The notes under the pieces were generated by a model, which was not told the origin of the DNA, searched no databases, and saw nothing but the letters and a program-made list of their open reading frames with translations. Positions 47,503 through 48,138 of a DNA stretch of 48,138 nt are shown here, one piece after another (positions within the stretch are counted from its first letter, which is position 1; each line of letters opens with the position of its first letter). This DNA comes from Myxococcales bacterium (GTDB lineage: Bacteria > Myxococcota_A > Polyangia > Polyangiales > Polyangiaceae), in contig JANYHY010000745.1 of assembly GCA_025362165.1 (NCBI GenBank), positions 1 to 48,138 of the forward strand, in the 5' to 3' direction. The translations under genes were made by a program, and so were the position numbers.

Positions 47503-48138
47503 GTGGTGACGGCCGGCCGCGCAGCGAGGTTGCTCGGCGTCAAACGCGAGACGCTCTATGCGTATGTGAGTCGAGGCATGCTCAGGCGGGTGCAACCCCC
47601 AGGAAAGCGCGGGAGCGGTTATGTCCTCGCCGACGTGATGCGGCTCCGAGCACGCGCCAGCGCGCGGAAGGGACACGCCGCGGTCGCATCGGGAGCGCTG
47701 CGTTGGGGCGAGCCCGTGCTGGAGACGGCCATCGCAGGAATCGGGGAGCGCGGTCCGCTCTATCGGGGGCGCTGGGCGGTGGACTTGGCGCACGAGCGAG
47801 TCTCCTTCGAGCGCGTAGCGGAGCTCTTGTGGACGGGTGAGCTCCCGTCCGATGCGCTTCGATGGAAGCCGGTGGCAGCCCCATCCAAGATCAAAGCGCT
47901 CGCCTCTCTGACAGCGCGCGCTTCGATTCCGGTGAAGCTCCAAGTGCTCGTCGCCGCGCTCGCAGCAGAGCAGCCGCCCGTTCATGGCGCCGCGGAGCTC
48001 GTGGAGCGCGAGCGCGCGCGTGCTCTGGTCGCGCGCATGTCCGCGTTGCTCGGAGACGCGCGTGGGCCCTCGGTCGCGGCGACCTTCGCGCAGTCGATTG
48101 GCCTCCGCGAGAGCGCAACCGAGGCGATCAACGTGGCG
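47503..48138 (+). CDS. HTH (MerR/excisionase-type) fused to a citrate-synthase-like domain; 3' end lies beyond the window
   Basis: My own translation; the ORF is open-ended and not in the track. It reads VVTAGRAARLLGVKRETLYAYVSRGMLRRV...VLETAIAGIGERGPLYRGRWAVDLAHERVSFERVAELLWTGELP. The start is uncertain (GTG 47503/47506, or TTG 47467). Confidence 0.7.
   Translation, partial: MVTAGRAARLLGVKRETLYAYVSRGMLRRVQPPGKRGSGYVLADVMRLRARASARKGHAAVASGALRWGEPVLETAIAGIGERGPLYRGRWAVDLAHERVSFERVAELLWTGELPSDALRWKPVAAPSKIKALASLTARASIPVKLQVLVAALAAEQPPVHGAAELVERERARALVARMSALLGDARGPSVAATFAQSIGLRESATEAINVA

Overview
This is a very GC-rich chromosomal segment; third codon positions in the convincing genes are almost all G/C. 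Gene content looks like Myxococcota, probably a Polyangia/Sorangiineae-type genome. That guess rests on three Hanks-type Ser/Thr kinases, several Cys-rich lipoproteins, a thrombospondin-type-3 (TSP3) repeat OmpA-type lipoprotein and many 1-4 nt start/stop overlaps. I support about 47 CDS and one tRNA-Met(CAU). Recognisable housekeeping genes are lexA, trxB, tmk, panC, a HIT protein, a homocysteine S-methyltransferase, an SDR epimerase, an FAD-linked oxidase pair and two divergent citrate-synthase-family genes. I saw no rRNA, CRISPR array, transposase or integrase. The most interesting locus is a same-strand, mostly stop/start-overlapping 8-gene block at about 20.4-34.7 kb. In order it encodes a low-complexity TM protein with (QQG)18/(GQ)9 repeats, a MoxR AAA+ ATPase, a secreted two-TM protein, an ABC ATPase, a large ABC-2-like permease, DUF58, a BatA_N-VWA protein and a 1033-aa double-VWA protein. 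A metzincin lipoprotein follows. It is a Bat/MoxR-VWA type module with an embedded ABC exporter. Other points are listed below.
- A perfect 72-bp inverted repeat touches the left window edge and breaks the TSP3/OmpA gene.
- A 33-bp tandem repeat and a LexA-box-like site lie upstream of lexA.
- A phased 21-bp tandem repeat carrying TGACGTAAGG sits in a promoter region.
- Two paralogous kinase + anchored-protein cassettes are present.
- A 12-bp AT-rich palindrome lies between the divergent citrate-synthase-like genes, one of which carries an N-terminal HTH.
All family assignments come from motifs read by eye. No database search was run.
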